The position numbers and the translations under genes are program-made. Positions 50,484 through 62,718 of a stretch of 64,000 nt of DNA are shown here, piece by piece; position 1 is the stretch's first letter, and each line of letters starts with the position of its first letter. Below the pieces are notes generated by a model that worked only from the letters and a program-made list of their open reading frames with translations, had not been told where the DNA came from and ran no database searches. The stretch is from Lepidodermella squamata (taxonomy: Eukaryota; Animalia; Gastrotricha), in the NCBI GenBank assembly GCA_047495785.1, contig JBLDXI010000026.1, positions 434,001-498,000 of the forward strand, in the 5' to 3' direction.

Positions 50484-52751
50484 ATGTTACTGACACGAAT
50501 CTTGCCAGTATTGACATGGCTGAAGCTGGCCGCAAGTAGTGACGAGACATGCTGGTCGCAAGAATGCCTTCAGGCCGCGTTGGAAATCAAGCGGAATATG
50601 AATGAAACTGCTAGGCCTTGCGATGATTTCTATGAATATGCTTGTGGCGGGTTCGAAAAGTACCAGGAAATATCACCAGGCCGCGATAGCGTGACTCAAT
50701 TCGGACTGATAAAACAGCATTTATCAGCAAAATTACGTCGAATTCTCGAGATGACAGAAAGGATTCAAACTCGGAACTCCGTCAGCGATAAGCTGAAGCG
50801 GTTTTATACATCTTGCTTGAATGAAACTGGGAATGCAGGGTATTTCCTGAGAGAAATGACTTCGCTGATGGGCGGCTTGTATTTTGAGCGGATTTCTGAG
50901 TTGCCTCGAGATTGGTCATTTCGAAAAGTCTTGGTTAATTACGATAAATTTAGCGCCAGCCATTTGTTCACGCTAACAATAGGTCCGCATTTCGAGGACT
51001 CAAATTCTAACTCAATTCAGCTTCAGCAAGGCAGGTTACTACTTGGCATTTTCACAAAGGCTTATTACCGGAATAAAGACATCGATTCCGATCCTATTCT
51101 TCTCGCATTAAGGAGAAAGCTTTCGAAGTTTGCGACCCTTATAACCGGTGATCCATATGTTGATGAAAATGTTGTGAAAGAAGTTATTCAACTGGACCAG
51201 AAGCTAGCTTTGATTCACGAAGACAAGGCGAATTCGGTACGATATCGACTTTACTCTATTGATCAGCTCCGGTCGAATTTCAGCTTTATCAATTGGCCGT
51301 CTTACTTCAATGACCTACTCTCATTGCCTACTATGGAGAGAGAAGTGGATGGCAAAATAATTGTTCAGTCGGAACCATTCTTTCGCAAACTCACAAACTT
51401 ATTGAGGGTTTACTTGATGTCCCCGGATGGCAGAAGGACTGTTCAAAATTATCTGGTTTTTGGTATGATTTCCGAATATGCTGCTATTGCTGGTGGGGAG
51501 TTCCAAAAAGCTGAGGAAGAGTTTGATGCAATTTTTTCCGGGAAACAGGGCTCGGAAGAAAGATGGGAGATGTGTGTCTCTGAAATAGCTTCATCTCTCG
51601 GCTTTCCCCTCTCCTCACTGTATGCAGCAAACTACTTCTCAGAAATGGACAGCTTTAAAGCAAGTGAAATAATTACTGGGACGTTTCTTGCACTTCGAAG
51701 GCGATTGGAAGCTAATGGTTGGATGGATGACAGGACAAGGCGTTATGCAATTAAGAAGCTCAATATGATGTTTTATAAAGTTGGGTATCCCGATTGGGTG
51801 TTCAATGGAACTCAAGTCGAATCCCTCTATCAATCGCTGTCATTAGGCGATTCATTCTTAGCCAACAAAGTTGCTGCTTATCAGTTTCATCGTAAGAACA
51901 TGATTGCCGTAAGTTCAAGTCTCGTCCTTATTCGGTACTTAAAATTTTCCATCAGAAATTACGGGACATACATGACAAGTCCGAATGGATCAACTCCCCA
52001 CTCACTGTGATTTCCTATTACGATTTATCGTCAAATGGAGTCATTTTCCCTGCAGGCATGCTAGCGAAACCTATTTTCTACCCAGATGGCAAGATTCCTT
52101 CTGCTTTGAACTTCGGATCCCTAGGAAGTATCGCTGGACACGAGGTTAATATTTGCTTTTTCTAGGCTTTTCGCGATTCCTATCTTTAACTACATAGATC
52201 ACACATGGATTCGACAATATCGGTCGGTTGGTAAGCTTTCTCCGAATTTCTCTTGAAACTGATTAGATCTAGCTTGTTTATAGTTCGACAAGTTTGGTAA
52301 CGTGAAGTATTGGTGGTTTGAAGATCGGTCGGAAGAAGAATTCCTCACTAGGTCAAACTGTTTCGTGTCTAAATTTAATTCTTATGAAATCGACGGAGTA
52401 CGAGTGAAAGGGGAACAAACTCTGGCTGAAAACATTGCTGATGACGGCGGCGTGAAAATTGCGTATGACGCATTCAAAAATTACATGCAGGGTTCCGAGG
52501 CTCGAAACAAGTTCACCCGGCTACCGAGGTTGAATTTAACAAGCAATCAGCTATTTTTCATCGCTTGGGCTCAAACGTGGTGCTCAATCCGCCCACCTGC
52601 GTCGTCCAGACTAAGAATGGAAACCAGCTCCCATTCGCCGAATCGTTTTCGCGTCAACGGGCCCCTGGGCAACTCGGACGAATTCGCGTCAGCATTCAAC
52701 TGCCTACCTGACACTACCATGGGTTCCCAGGCTAAATGCATCATTTGGTAG
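50484..52751 (+). CDS. M13 family metallopeptidase 2, predicted secreted
   Basis: Signal peptide; RPCDDFYEYACG, RWEMC, GHE|ITHGFD, AENIADDGG, HSPNRFRVNG, terminal CIIW*. Confidence 0.92.
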
Positions 52752-52947
52752 ACATAATTTTTTACTTGGAAAAATACAATCTCTGACGTAAGCATAGATA
52801 AATAACTATTGTATTTATTTATCTATGGACGTAAGTCTTTGTTTCGTAATAAAAAGTCGTGACCTAAGCTGTTGAGCGAGGTCTGTTTTAACAAAAGAGG
52901 TGCAATGTACTCAAAACCAGCCTCAAAAAACGACTCAAATTTAGAAT

Positions 52948-55258
52948 ATGCGTCTTTTCTTAGCTTTCTCACTATTTTATAGTGCTGCTTCTGCTCCATT
53001 ATCGCTTGATGACCCAATCAGTCCGGCTAACCCATGCACGAAAAAAGAATGCATTCGAGCCGCCGGGTTGATAATCAATCAAATGGATTTCACTGCCGAC
53101 CCTTGCGAAGACTTTTTCCAGTACGCTTGCGGAGGTTTCATGCTGAGAGAAGCCATTCCAGCCGGCAGTTCCGTGGTGTACCCAGAGGCAAAAGTGACAA
53201 AGGTCATCCAGAAACAGCTGCGAGCAATGCTTGAGGCCCCGATTCAGCCTGCCAATGAATCTCTCAGTCGATCTAAAATTCGCCAGTACTACACATCCTG
53301 CATCGATTCAGATAGCATACTGGAAACCCAGCAAAGCCTGATGAAACAAGCCATCGAAACAATGGGCGGCTTGTATTTAACGGCCGACGCTCAAGTTCCC
53401 GCAAATTGGTCACTGGAATCAGCTCTACTCGATGATTTCGGCTTACTTTACTCATCGATATTCTCAGTTGATGTAACAATAAACGATCGAAATGCTTCTG
53501 AGAACATCTTGACGCTCTCAATGGGCTCTTTGGGCCTAGGATCTGGAACTCGCGATTACTACATCAACGCATCGATCTATGAAGATCGAATCTTGCGAGC
53601 TCTGTCGAAAAAGTACGAAAAAATCGCTGGTATCGTGCTTGAGGAAGCTCAAATCGACAGCACAATGCTGGAAGATGTGTTGGTTTTCGACAAAAAGCAT
53701 GCTGAGATCTCGCAACCCTTGACGGATTTCGCCGATCGGCTGAGATCCTTCAAATGGACCAATGTTAGCTCTTTCCAATCGAATTATGACTTCTTGAACT
53801 GGCATCGATTCTTGAATAGGCTGTTCACGACTGCCAACGTATTTGTCACTCCGACTGAAAAGATTTTGCTGATTGGAGAAAGGTACTTCGAAGGCTTGAC
53901 AAAATTGTTGAAAGAATACACCTCGACTAGTGAAGGCCGCCGAACAATTCAGAATTACATTGTTCTGAAAACAGTGGCAGATTTAGCTGATAATCTCGAA
54001 GGAGACTTCAAACTGATGAAAAATGAGTTCAACGAAGCATTCCTCGGCACCACCGAGTCAAAAGAGCGCTGGGAGGCATGTCTCAATGATCTTCGTGGGG
54101 ATTTAGGATTCCCCGTCGCTGCAATGTATGCCGAAAAATATTTTGCTGGTGCTAACGTTACGGCGAAACAGGTTTTTCTCACTAACATCATCAAAGAATT
54201 CAAGAGCAGAATCCAAGCTGCCACGTGGATGGACCGGCGGACGAAACAGAGGGCACTGGAGAAGTTCGACAACATGGTTTACAAAATTGGTTACCCTGAA
54301 TGGCTGTTCAATGAAACTTATCTATGGAACAAATACTCCAGTCTGAAAGTTGGGGAGAATTATTTGCAAAATCTATTCAGCTACGTTGATTATTCCAACA
54401 AGCGGCTGTTTAGGGTGAGTATTTGACATTGTGCCAGACAAAACCTAGCGCTTTAATGCAGAGCCTGAGGCGACAACCCGATCGGGCTGATTGGGCGATG
54501 CTTCCAATTGAAACCAATGCCTATTACGATATGATTTACAACTCAATTTACATTCCACTCGGGTATATTCAGCCTCCATTCTACTATCCAGAAAGGGGCC
54601 TGCCTATTGCCCTTAATTTTGGAGGCATTGGGGCAACTGCTGCTCACGAGGTTAGCCGGAATAAACTCATATCCCCTAAAGCGTAATGTCTCCACAAACA
54701 GGTCACGCATGGATTCGATGACGGTGGGCGCCAGGTAAAAAAAATAGGAAAAATGGAAACAATTGAATTGGATGATCAATGTTCTGAATACAGTATGACA
54801 GTTTCGGTAACCTTGTTGACTGGTGGGGCGACAACTCAGAAGAGCAGTTCGGCAACAGAACTCAGTGCTTCATCGAAAAATTTAGCGCTTACGAAGTCGA
54901 CGGGATGAAGATTGACGGAGCCCTAACTCTCAACGAAAACTTGGCTGATGATGGTAGTGTTAAACTGGCATATCAAGCTATGCAGAAGTATTTATCTACG
55001 GAAGAGGGGAAACGAGATCCCGGCCGACTCATCGGTCTCGATTTGAATTCAGAACAGTTGTTCTTTCTCAGTTACGCTCAGTCGTTTTGCGACTTGATGT
55101 TGCCCGGAGCGAAGAAGCTGCATATAGAGACGGATGTGCACGCTTTGAATCGTTTCCGAGTAATCGGCCCACTATCTAACTTTGAAGAGTTTGCCAAGGC
55201 CTTCCGGTGCTCGTCTGACGCTAAAATGAGTGCTAAAACAAAGTGTGACCTGTGGTGA
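52948..55258 (+). CDS. M13 family metallopeptidase 3, predicted secreted
   Basis: Signal peptide MRLFLAFSLFYSAASA; DPCEDFFQYACG, TNAYY, AHE|VTHGFD, NENLADDGS, terminal CDLW*. Confidence 0.93.
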
Positions 55259-55459
55259 GAATGCGATGTTAGATTAGTGTTTAATAAACTTCTAGGAAAA
55301 TTTGATTCTTTAAGTGGTGCTAATTTCCGCCTTGAAGAGCCCACGTCACACGTCTCTCTATGAATTAAGGATTTCGTGCCCCGGTCGAGCAACGTGGGCT
55401 TTTCAAGGCTCGAATGCATTTAAGCAGTTTCTGAGTAAGCTTCATCAGAATTTGCAGCC

Positions 55460-55772
55460 ATGAAAGTGTACATCGCATGTCTGATTTTTTCGGCCTTCAT
55501 CATTCATCTTTCGAATTGTGCGCCATGGAGACATTCGATGAGTTTTAAAGGTGGTTCATCTCGATTCCAAATTGTCTGCGATTTTACTGTAAATTATCAT
55601 TTTAGCTCGTCCTGATCGGGATATGCTTCTCGCTCGTTTCAAGGCCTCTGAAGCCTACAGGCAAATGCTTTCTCGCTGCTTCGGTGAATTGAATTCTATG
55701 ACGCAGTGCAACGAAAGAATCAATCTCCAACTCTGGGCGCAAATGACTGCCAAAAAACTCGGAAACGCTTAG
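55460..55772 (+). CDS. Small secreted protein SP4 (two exons; missed by the ORF track)
   Basis: MKVYIACLIFSAFIIHLSNCAPWRHSMSFK|ARPDRDMLLARFKASEAYRQMLSRCFGELNSMTQCNERINLQLWAQMTAKKLGNA*; phase-1 intron. Confidence 0.8.
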
Positions 55773-55841
55773 GAATTTTAGCTGAAAAAGTCTCGAGAAG
55801 ATTCATCTTACAAAAATATGTGGTAACATTTATTTCCGACT

Positions 55842-57187
55842 CTATTCTTCGGGGTCATGACAAGTTGTTTTATCAAATCTGAACCAATAAATAATAGGCT
55901 TAGCTACAGCATTCAGGTGGAAACAGATCAAAGCAGCTGCCAACCATCGCTGAGAAATTATCATGTTCTTAGCATGATAATCGTCTTCAATCAAAAAGTA
56001 GATGACCAGCGGTAACCAGCAGGCTAAAATCGCGAGTAAAAGCAGGGAAACTGTCAATAACATGGCAGCTTTCGCTCGAGTGAACGTTGCTCGATACTCC
56101 TTGAGTGGAATGACCTGGCAATTTATGCGACCAATAGCGCCGACTAGCGGTTGCTCGTCATTGTTAACTGAAGACATCACCTGATTCTTCCGCCCTGATC
56201 CATTTTTCGAACCATTTCCTTCACAGCACAATGTAATTGAGTAGACAATAATGAAGGCTGCGATTATAAGGAATACGGCCAAAGTCAAGGCGCAAATGAT
56301 GTATTGAATGATTTGCGAGTAAGCAAGTCCCAAAAGGCCGAGAATGCCGGTAAAAACTGCCGCGCAAAGCCATAAGGCTGGGACAAAAATCTGCATGAAT
56401 AACAGCGGACCAGGTCGACCATAATATTTGAAGCTATGGCCTCTATTGCTGAGGAAGAGGTCCAGAACCAAAAATCCCATCGTTATCGCAGAAACGATCC
56501 AACACGTCTATAAGGAAAACAAGGTCATTTCTAGAAAGATTCAAGGTAACTAATACTTACCTGCCAAATCATGTTTCCGAGATATAGGACATACACTTTC
56601 GGCTGCCCTTCCAGCAAAAAGTCGGCTCCTCTCTTCACGAGGGTGAAGATACTCAATAAAACGTCGCTAATGGCCAGACTAGCTATTAAAACATGTCTCG
56701 GCGACCTTCCTGCCCTAATCTGGCATAATTTTGCCAAGACGACGATGTTAAGTATAGTTGCAATAACGATCAGAGTTGCCGCGATTGGTAAGTAGTACAT
56801 TATGAAGACGTGCCATAGTTCCAGCTCGCTGTTAAGGCAGGTTATCGCCTCATTGAGTTCGCATTTACCATACTCGCGTAAGCAGTCCTCGTGGAGGCGG
56901 GATAAAAGGGACTTGGAACTAAAATTTGCTGAAGAACTGTTGATTATATCGGCTTCTAACGAATCGACTTGTTTCGATAGCGGGAATGGAAAGAGTGGCC
57001 AGGTCAGTCTGTCGTAGACTTTCTCCAAAGAACTGTTATACTGAGTTTGCAGGTCTTGAAATACGCCGATCTCTTCTTGGTCGTAAAAGTCTAATCTTGG
57101 AACTGACTGGCCAAGATCAGGAGCTGAGACCAAGCGGCAAGTATAATCATCGGAAGAAGTAACTGCGTACGCCACTGGATTGCTCAT
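55842..57187 (-). CDS. Atypical class A (rhodopsin-like) GPCR, two exons (intron 56508-56560)
   Basis: Seven hydrophobic segments; TM1 N (ILNIVV), TM2 SLAISD, TM6 CWLP, TM7 NAVAKPIIY; long Cys-containing N-terminus. Confidence 0.85.
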
Positions 57188-57544
57188 TTTTCTTGAAAAT
57201 TCTACGTTTGCACTGAAAATGAACGTTTTATTAGGGTGGATTACCTATCGATAGGATGATGTAAAAATAATTGAAAAATAAGCGCCGCGCTGATGCGACA
57301 TTAATATGATAAGCTGCTGGTTTCATCGCGTGTGAAATACATGTCGCATCGGCCACTTATAACTTGGCACGCGCTCGTCAAATTTCATTATCAGCGACAC
57401 GCACACAAGCAACGATTTGTCAAGTCTCGTTTTCAATACCTGTGCATATGTGTAATAATCCGACTCGGCCGTAGCTTTTTTGTCGTAGCCTTTGAAGACA
57501 GCGTAAAAACATCGCGTGCGACTTGACATAATCGCACGGCCTAC

Positions 57545-57592
57545 TGCGTAGTAGTAGTTGTAGTAGTAGTAGGTGAGATGATGATGATGATG
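57545..57592. repeat. Compound microsatellite (GTA)n/(GAT)n
   Basis: GTAGTAGTAGTTGTAGTAGTAGTAG followed by GATGATGATGATGATG. Confidence 0.7.
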
Positions 57593-59186
57593 CCAAGATA
57601 CGCTTTGCTATACACACCGGTCGGATGTTATTTACTTGTCAAATCATGTGTGTGTTTGTGTATGCGGTGAATAATATGTAATATACTATGTCATTAACAC
57701 CACTTGGCATGTCACGATTGCAACCGACCGGTCGTACAAGTGCGAGGTATCCATGACAAAAAATCACGTCGAGTAAACAAAACATTGGCACGCTGCACTT
57801 GCCACTCTCGGCGGCGCGCGCGCTTTGTTCAAGAAGTGAAGTGCGCCCAGTTGTTTGCGAGCTTTTATATTGCGTTTCGTTTCTTTTCTGCGCGAACGAG
57901 CAAACAACGCGCTGTAAGCTCTGCGGTTTCAATAGGAATATAATCTACACTGTTCAATATTTCAAGAGCGGTACTTACGTCTTGAAGACAAAGCTATCGC
58001 AGTCTTGTTGAGGTCTTTATACAGATAGAGATTGAATGGCCTCGATTCTTTCGATTCTCGAAATTGCGAAAAGGACATTGACAGAGTATCTGAATGATAG
58101 CGTTGATAATTTATTTCGACCTCTCATTTATTCCGAAATTTCAAATTTTAAAGAATGAATTAGCTGGTGAAGTTTATTCATCATAAACCTTTGTTCATGT
58201 TGGGAAATAAACTTTCCGCTTTTCGTCTAATTGAAGTTGGCTGTATTCCTAGGAGGGTGAAAAATGGTAATTATTTGGGTGCAGCCCCTAATTCCCCAGC
58301 TTTGTCATTTCCCTCAATAATGTAATAAAAAATGAGCAATCCAATTGTCATAACAATCCACTTCTTACTTAATGGTTCTAAATTCTAAGGATGTAGAGTT
58401 TCTTGACAAAGTACCTCTTGCTGTTGTAAGCGATCAAGGCGGAGTTTGCAAGCTGCGATTTAGTAATATGGTAAAAAATTCGAATTTGATGAAATTCGGC
58501 AAAATACCATGAACTTCAGATGGAATCGGAAAAACAGATCGGAAAATAGTTCAGGAGCCATATAATGAGTTTCTGAAGTCAGCTTTCATTCTTCAGTCTC
58601 GTTCCGGCGCAACCTTTTCCGGCTTCCGTCCTGCAAATGTTGCGTACATCGCAAGGACTTTCTGAATATATCAGAAAATGGTTTACAAAGAAGTCTACAT
58701 GATGATTTATGACCGTGAGCCAGAAAACCCGCTATGAGTCAGGTTTCGGAAAAACTTGAATTCCTTTCTACTTTTGCCGTTTACTTGCAATACACAAATG
58801 CTGTCTCTTAAAGAGTAACGCCAACTTTGACCTACTTATCTGCGGATAATACCAGGTTCGTTTTTCAACTAGTCTCAGATCCTTTCACTCATAATATTTT
58901 GATCAGCCCATTGGATTTTTTCAGTTCAGCTATAGCGGTAGTGGGCGTTATCTGCGTAATAGGCTAATAAGCCCTTCATTACGCGATAATCGATTGTGAT
59001 TACACTGCTCTGGTGCGGTATAGATGAGAACGTCGATATCATTTTCCCCGTGTATAAGCGGCGAGCGTAGGAGCTATCAATTTTCGAGTGCATAAACTCC
59101 CTCGAAATAGCACGTAGATGGCTATAGGATGCAAATCATTTCACCGCCTCTCGGCAAGAGACATTACTCGTTTTGATGATATGTGA

Positions 59187-59525
59187 ATGGAGCTCGCAGT
59201 GATCCTTATCTTCTGCTTAATCGCTTTGTCCCAAGGATTTGCTGCTACAGCTGAGTCCCAATTCCTTAATTCAGGTTTGTTTCCTGCTTCTTAGATCAAA
59301 TGTCTCTATTTTTTCATTCACTTTCCAGATTCCAATCCACTTGCCCGAAAGTATGGCTTCATCAGTGATCCTAAAACCGATACGAAAGTTCTCGACTGGC
59401 TCAAGTACCAAAAAAGCTTTCTGGAGTGTCTGAATCAAGCCAAAAATACGGAAGCCTGCAGGGACAAAATAACCTTCCAAATGTGGGCGAGAATCATGAC
59501 TCGTAGAGTTAAAGCCAGTGGTTGA
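59187..59525 (+). CDS. Small secreted protein SP5 (two exons; missed by the ORF track)
   Basis: MELAVILIFCLIALSQGFAATAESQFLNS|DSNPLARKYG...KYQKSFLECLNQAKNTEACRDKITFQMWARIMTRRVKASG*; phase-1 intron. Confidence 0.8.
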
Positions 59526-59631
59526 GAACTTTTTTCCATTATTTAAAGGATTAAAAAAGCTTTTTTGTCACATCTGTGGTCATTGTTTATTTTAGTATCT
59601 TTTAGTGTATAAAAAAGTTAAAGAAAGAAGA

Positions 59632-62600
59632 TTAGCTGCCGGCATGTATAGGCCGTAATACTGACCGGCCTATTACAGATAGCTGCGTGAAATTAGCCGC
59701 GTAGTAATTCTCCACCGAACTAACAGAGACAGGCCGGCTTCGCCAGTACTCCCATTTCGTGGCACGGTCGACATCTAAACTTGATAATGCAGCGTATATT
59801 GATATGGCTAGAACTGCAGATATAGATGCGAATATGAGGTATATCCCCGCGAAAAACCAAAAGGCATTCTGGATGAAAGAGATAAAGTCAGCATTCATTC
59901 GAAAAATATGCAAAATCTCTTACCATTGAACCTATGAGTTCAACGCAGGCATATTCACGAACAACACTGTCATACAACTCGTAGGCAGATCTCAGCTTTC
60001 CAACGTCTAACGTTATCCCATCCGCTATCTGATCGATCAGCATTGAGACAAAGTGGGAAATTTGGCGCTTGAGAAGATTCAAAACCGCTTGAACGTAATT
60101 CTCGAAATGTCGAATTTGCCTAATCAAGAGGTTTCGCTGCGTTACGGCCTCTGATGCCGCATATTCAGCTTCCTTCCAAAATTTCATCGCGGTTTTCAGC
60201 CCGTCAAAGTATCCCATCAAATAGCCTCGGAACCACTCTGCCATAGCCCGTTTCGGGGCTAATGAGTCAGTTACGCCAGGTTTAGCTCTCAACATGCAGG
60301 TTGAACAATTTTTGAGGGCAGAACCGTAGTCGAGAGTTTTGTTGAGATCTACTTCCATGACCATCTGCCCGAAAATCTTGTTGCCATTATTGACAGCTTG
60401 CGTCATATTAGCCATGTAATTCGAGATTTTGTTATCGTAAATCACGACACTTGCAGTCAAATTGAAGTAGGTCACATTTTTCATCTCCGTGACAAATTTC
60501 GTGTCATTAAGTAACAGGAATTGGTTGATTGTCTGCCCATTCTTGGCGGCCGTGAGGAATTTCCCCAAAGTTAGGCGGCTATCCAACAACTCCGTGTCAA
60601 TTGAGTCGACAAGTTTGACCACGCATTCTGGTAGTAGGTGACGTATTACATTGTCGTAACTGCCATTTTCTCGCCTGTTTATCATGTCATCAAGCACGGC
60701 ATTGTCAGTGGATCTTACAGCTGAGCACACTGTCTTTTCAATGAAGCCTCCAGCGTAGAAGTGGGCGGCGGCATTCACGCAAATTAATGGCCCTCCTACG
60801 GCGACGAAAATTACTCCACCCCTGGAAAAATAATTAAGACGGTTTTTTTATATACTAAATTAAAAGGGCAGAGTTCAACTCACGCCAACACGAAAGCCCG
60901 GCCAAGTTTTGCGAAACGTGGCTTGACACGTGGACGCAGCTTGACTAACACGTCATCTCTCCGAAAGTACTCAAAAATAATGAAACTCGAGCCAATTAGG
61001 ACCAAAATCAATTGAATCGAAGCGATTATCAGCATGACCCAGGTCAAAGCGTTCCTTGCGGTGAAGTAAGGTTTAAGGGACTCGATAAAATCAGCAATAC
61101 TATCCGATGATTTGGTGGCAACCACTTGATCAACCGTCGAAGTTTCCCCAGTCCAAATATTGGCGATTTCGTCATTGGAAACAACCAAAGCAGCAGAATT
61201 TGGCTTGAAGTCACTGCTTCTTTTTGACCTGAATCGTCTGTTCGATGGGTTCAATGTTGTTGTAGCTTCGCTATTGGGACATTGACCATTGGTAACCAAT
61301 GAATGGAGGTTTTTGTTGTACCAATTGGTGTAGTAGCTGAACCATGATTCAAAATCTTTCCTTAGTTGAGCCTCCAGACCGCCGAATTGATTCACGACAT
61401 TGTCTTTAGTCAGTAAGGTCTTCATCCTAGATCGAAGGCCATTCGTCTGATTCAGTAATAGAGACATCGAGACATTCAACTCCTTCTGCTGGACATAATG
61501 GGACATTGAAGCTGGGTTCAGCCCTTCAGGTAGATCTGGCCACAGGCAGTCCATGCAGGTTTCAGATTCCGAACAGGTTGAGTCATTCAGGGCCAAGCAT
61601 AGCTGGGCTACAACATCTCTAGCATCTTTGTTGCTTTGAAAGTCCAAAAACTGCCTCTCAGCTTTGTTTAGGCGTTGAGTAGCAGTAGAAGCTTCCCGGT
61701 AACTCGCAAGTAACGGGTTGATTGTTGATTCCTCCCACAGTATTCCAGTTAGGAACATGTAAGTAGCGCCAGACTTATCAAGCAATGTGAGCGCTTGGTC
61801 AGGGTCGGCAACAGCTTTGCCCAATGATTCTACCATTCTCGTGGCGAAGGTCATTTTCTTCTCAACGTCATTTATCAGCATTTTCCCGACCGAGTCGAAT
61901 GAGTCCAAAAAGTAGTCGACTATTGAGTTCAAGTCAGAAGTCGTGTCTTTCGCGATTGACGGCGCCCTCATTAATGAGTTAGAAAATGAGTTGTTGAAGT
62001 AGAATGACGCAACGAGGCCAAAAAGTGCCAGCAAAGTCTGTAAGAAAATTAAATTATTCTGGTCATATTTCCGAGAAAAAACTCACAGTTGAGATCGTTA
62101 TGATGGTCATAATAATTATGGCGACAGGATAGCGAGACCTTGTTCGATGACTTTTCCTATCGATTTTTGTTATTCCAGGCCAGTCGACTTCTTCCTTGAC
62201 GTAGAATTGCTTTTGAAATGCGGGATTCTTTCGGTACCGCCGTTTCGTTGTTTTGAAAACAAGATACGAAATTGCGGGGACAAAAATGAATGAAAGCAGG
62301 AGTCCAACAATCGCAGCAGCAAGGAGAAACTTGTATTCTAGAATGCTTCTTCCGATGTTACTAGAAGCGTCATCTTTCTGTCCAATGGCTTCCAAGATCA
62401 TCTCCCGAAGAAAACCTCGATTGATATAAAGGCCGAGATGAATAGATGGAACTTATTAAAATGCTTACTTTTAGCCTTTGAAGTTGTTTCCAGTTTGTCG
62501 ATGATTTTTCCGGTAAATGAGTACAGATTCGGCCAAGATTCCTGAGATTCATACGAGGCAAGTCGCCCGGCATGAACTGCGCTGACTTGGAATCTATAAG

Positions 62601-62718
62601 CCGGAAGTGAAATGCTCCAATTTTTGTAGAGCCGGTCGCCGTAATCATCCGTAAACTCTGGAGCCGGGAAGACATCACCAAGAGATTTTGGGAGCGATGT
62701 CAAATCTTGGGAAGCCAT
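59632..62718 (-). CDS. Prominin-like pentaspan membrane protein (multi-exon)
   Basis: Five ORFs joined by short introns give five TM segments with two large N-glycosylation-rich loops; prominin-like C-terminal YDSVVREYACVELIGSM|NAFWF signature. Confidence 0.72.

Noticed and set aside
10017-55419. Many ORF-track entries overlapping the NR, peptidase and channel genes (e.g. 21434-21814, 29869-30090, 53955-54275, 55078-55419)
   Set aside because: Antisense shadows, or exon-plus-intron read-through frames of the spliced genes.
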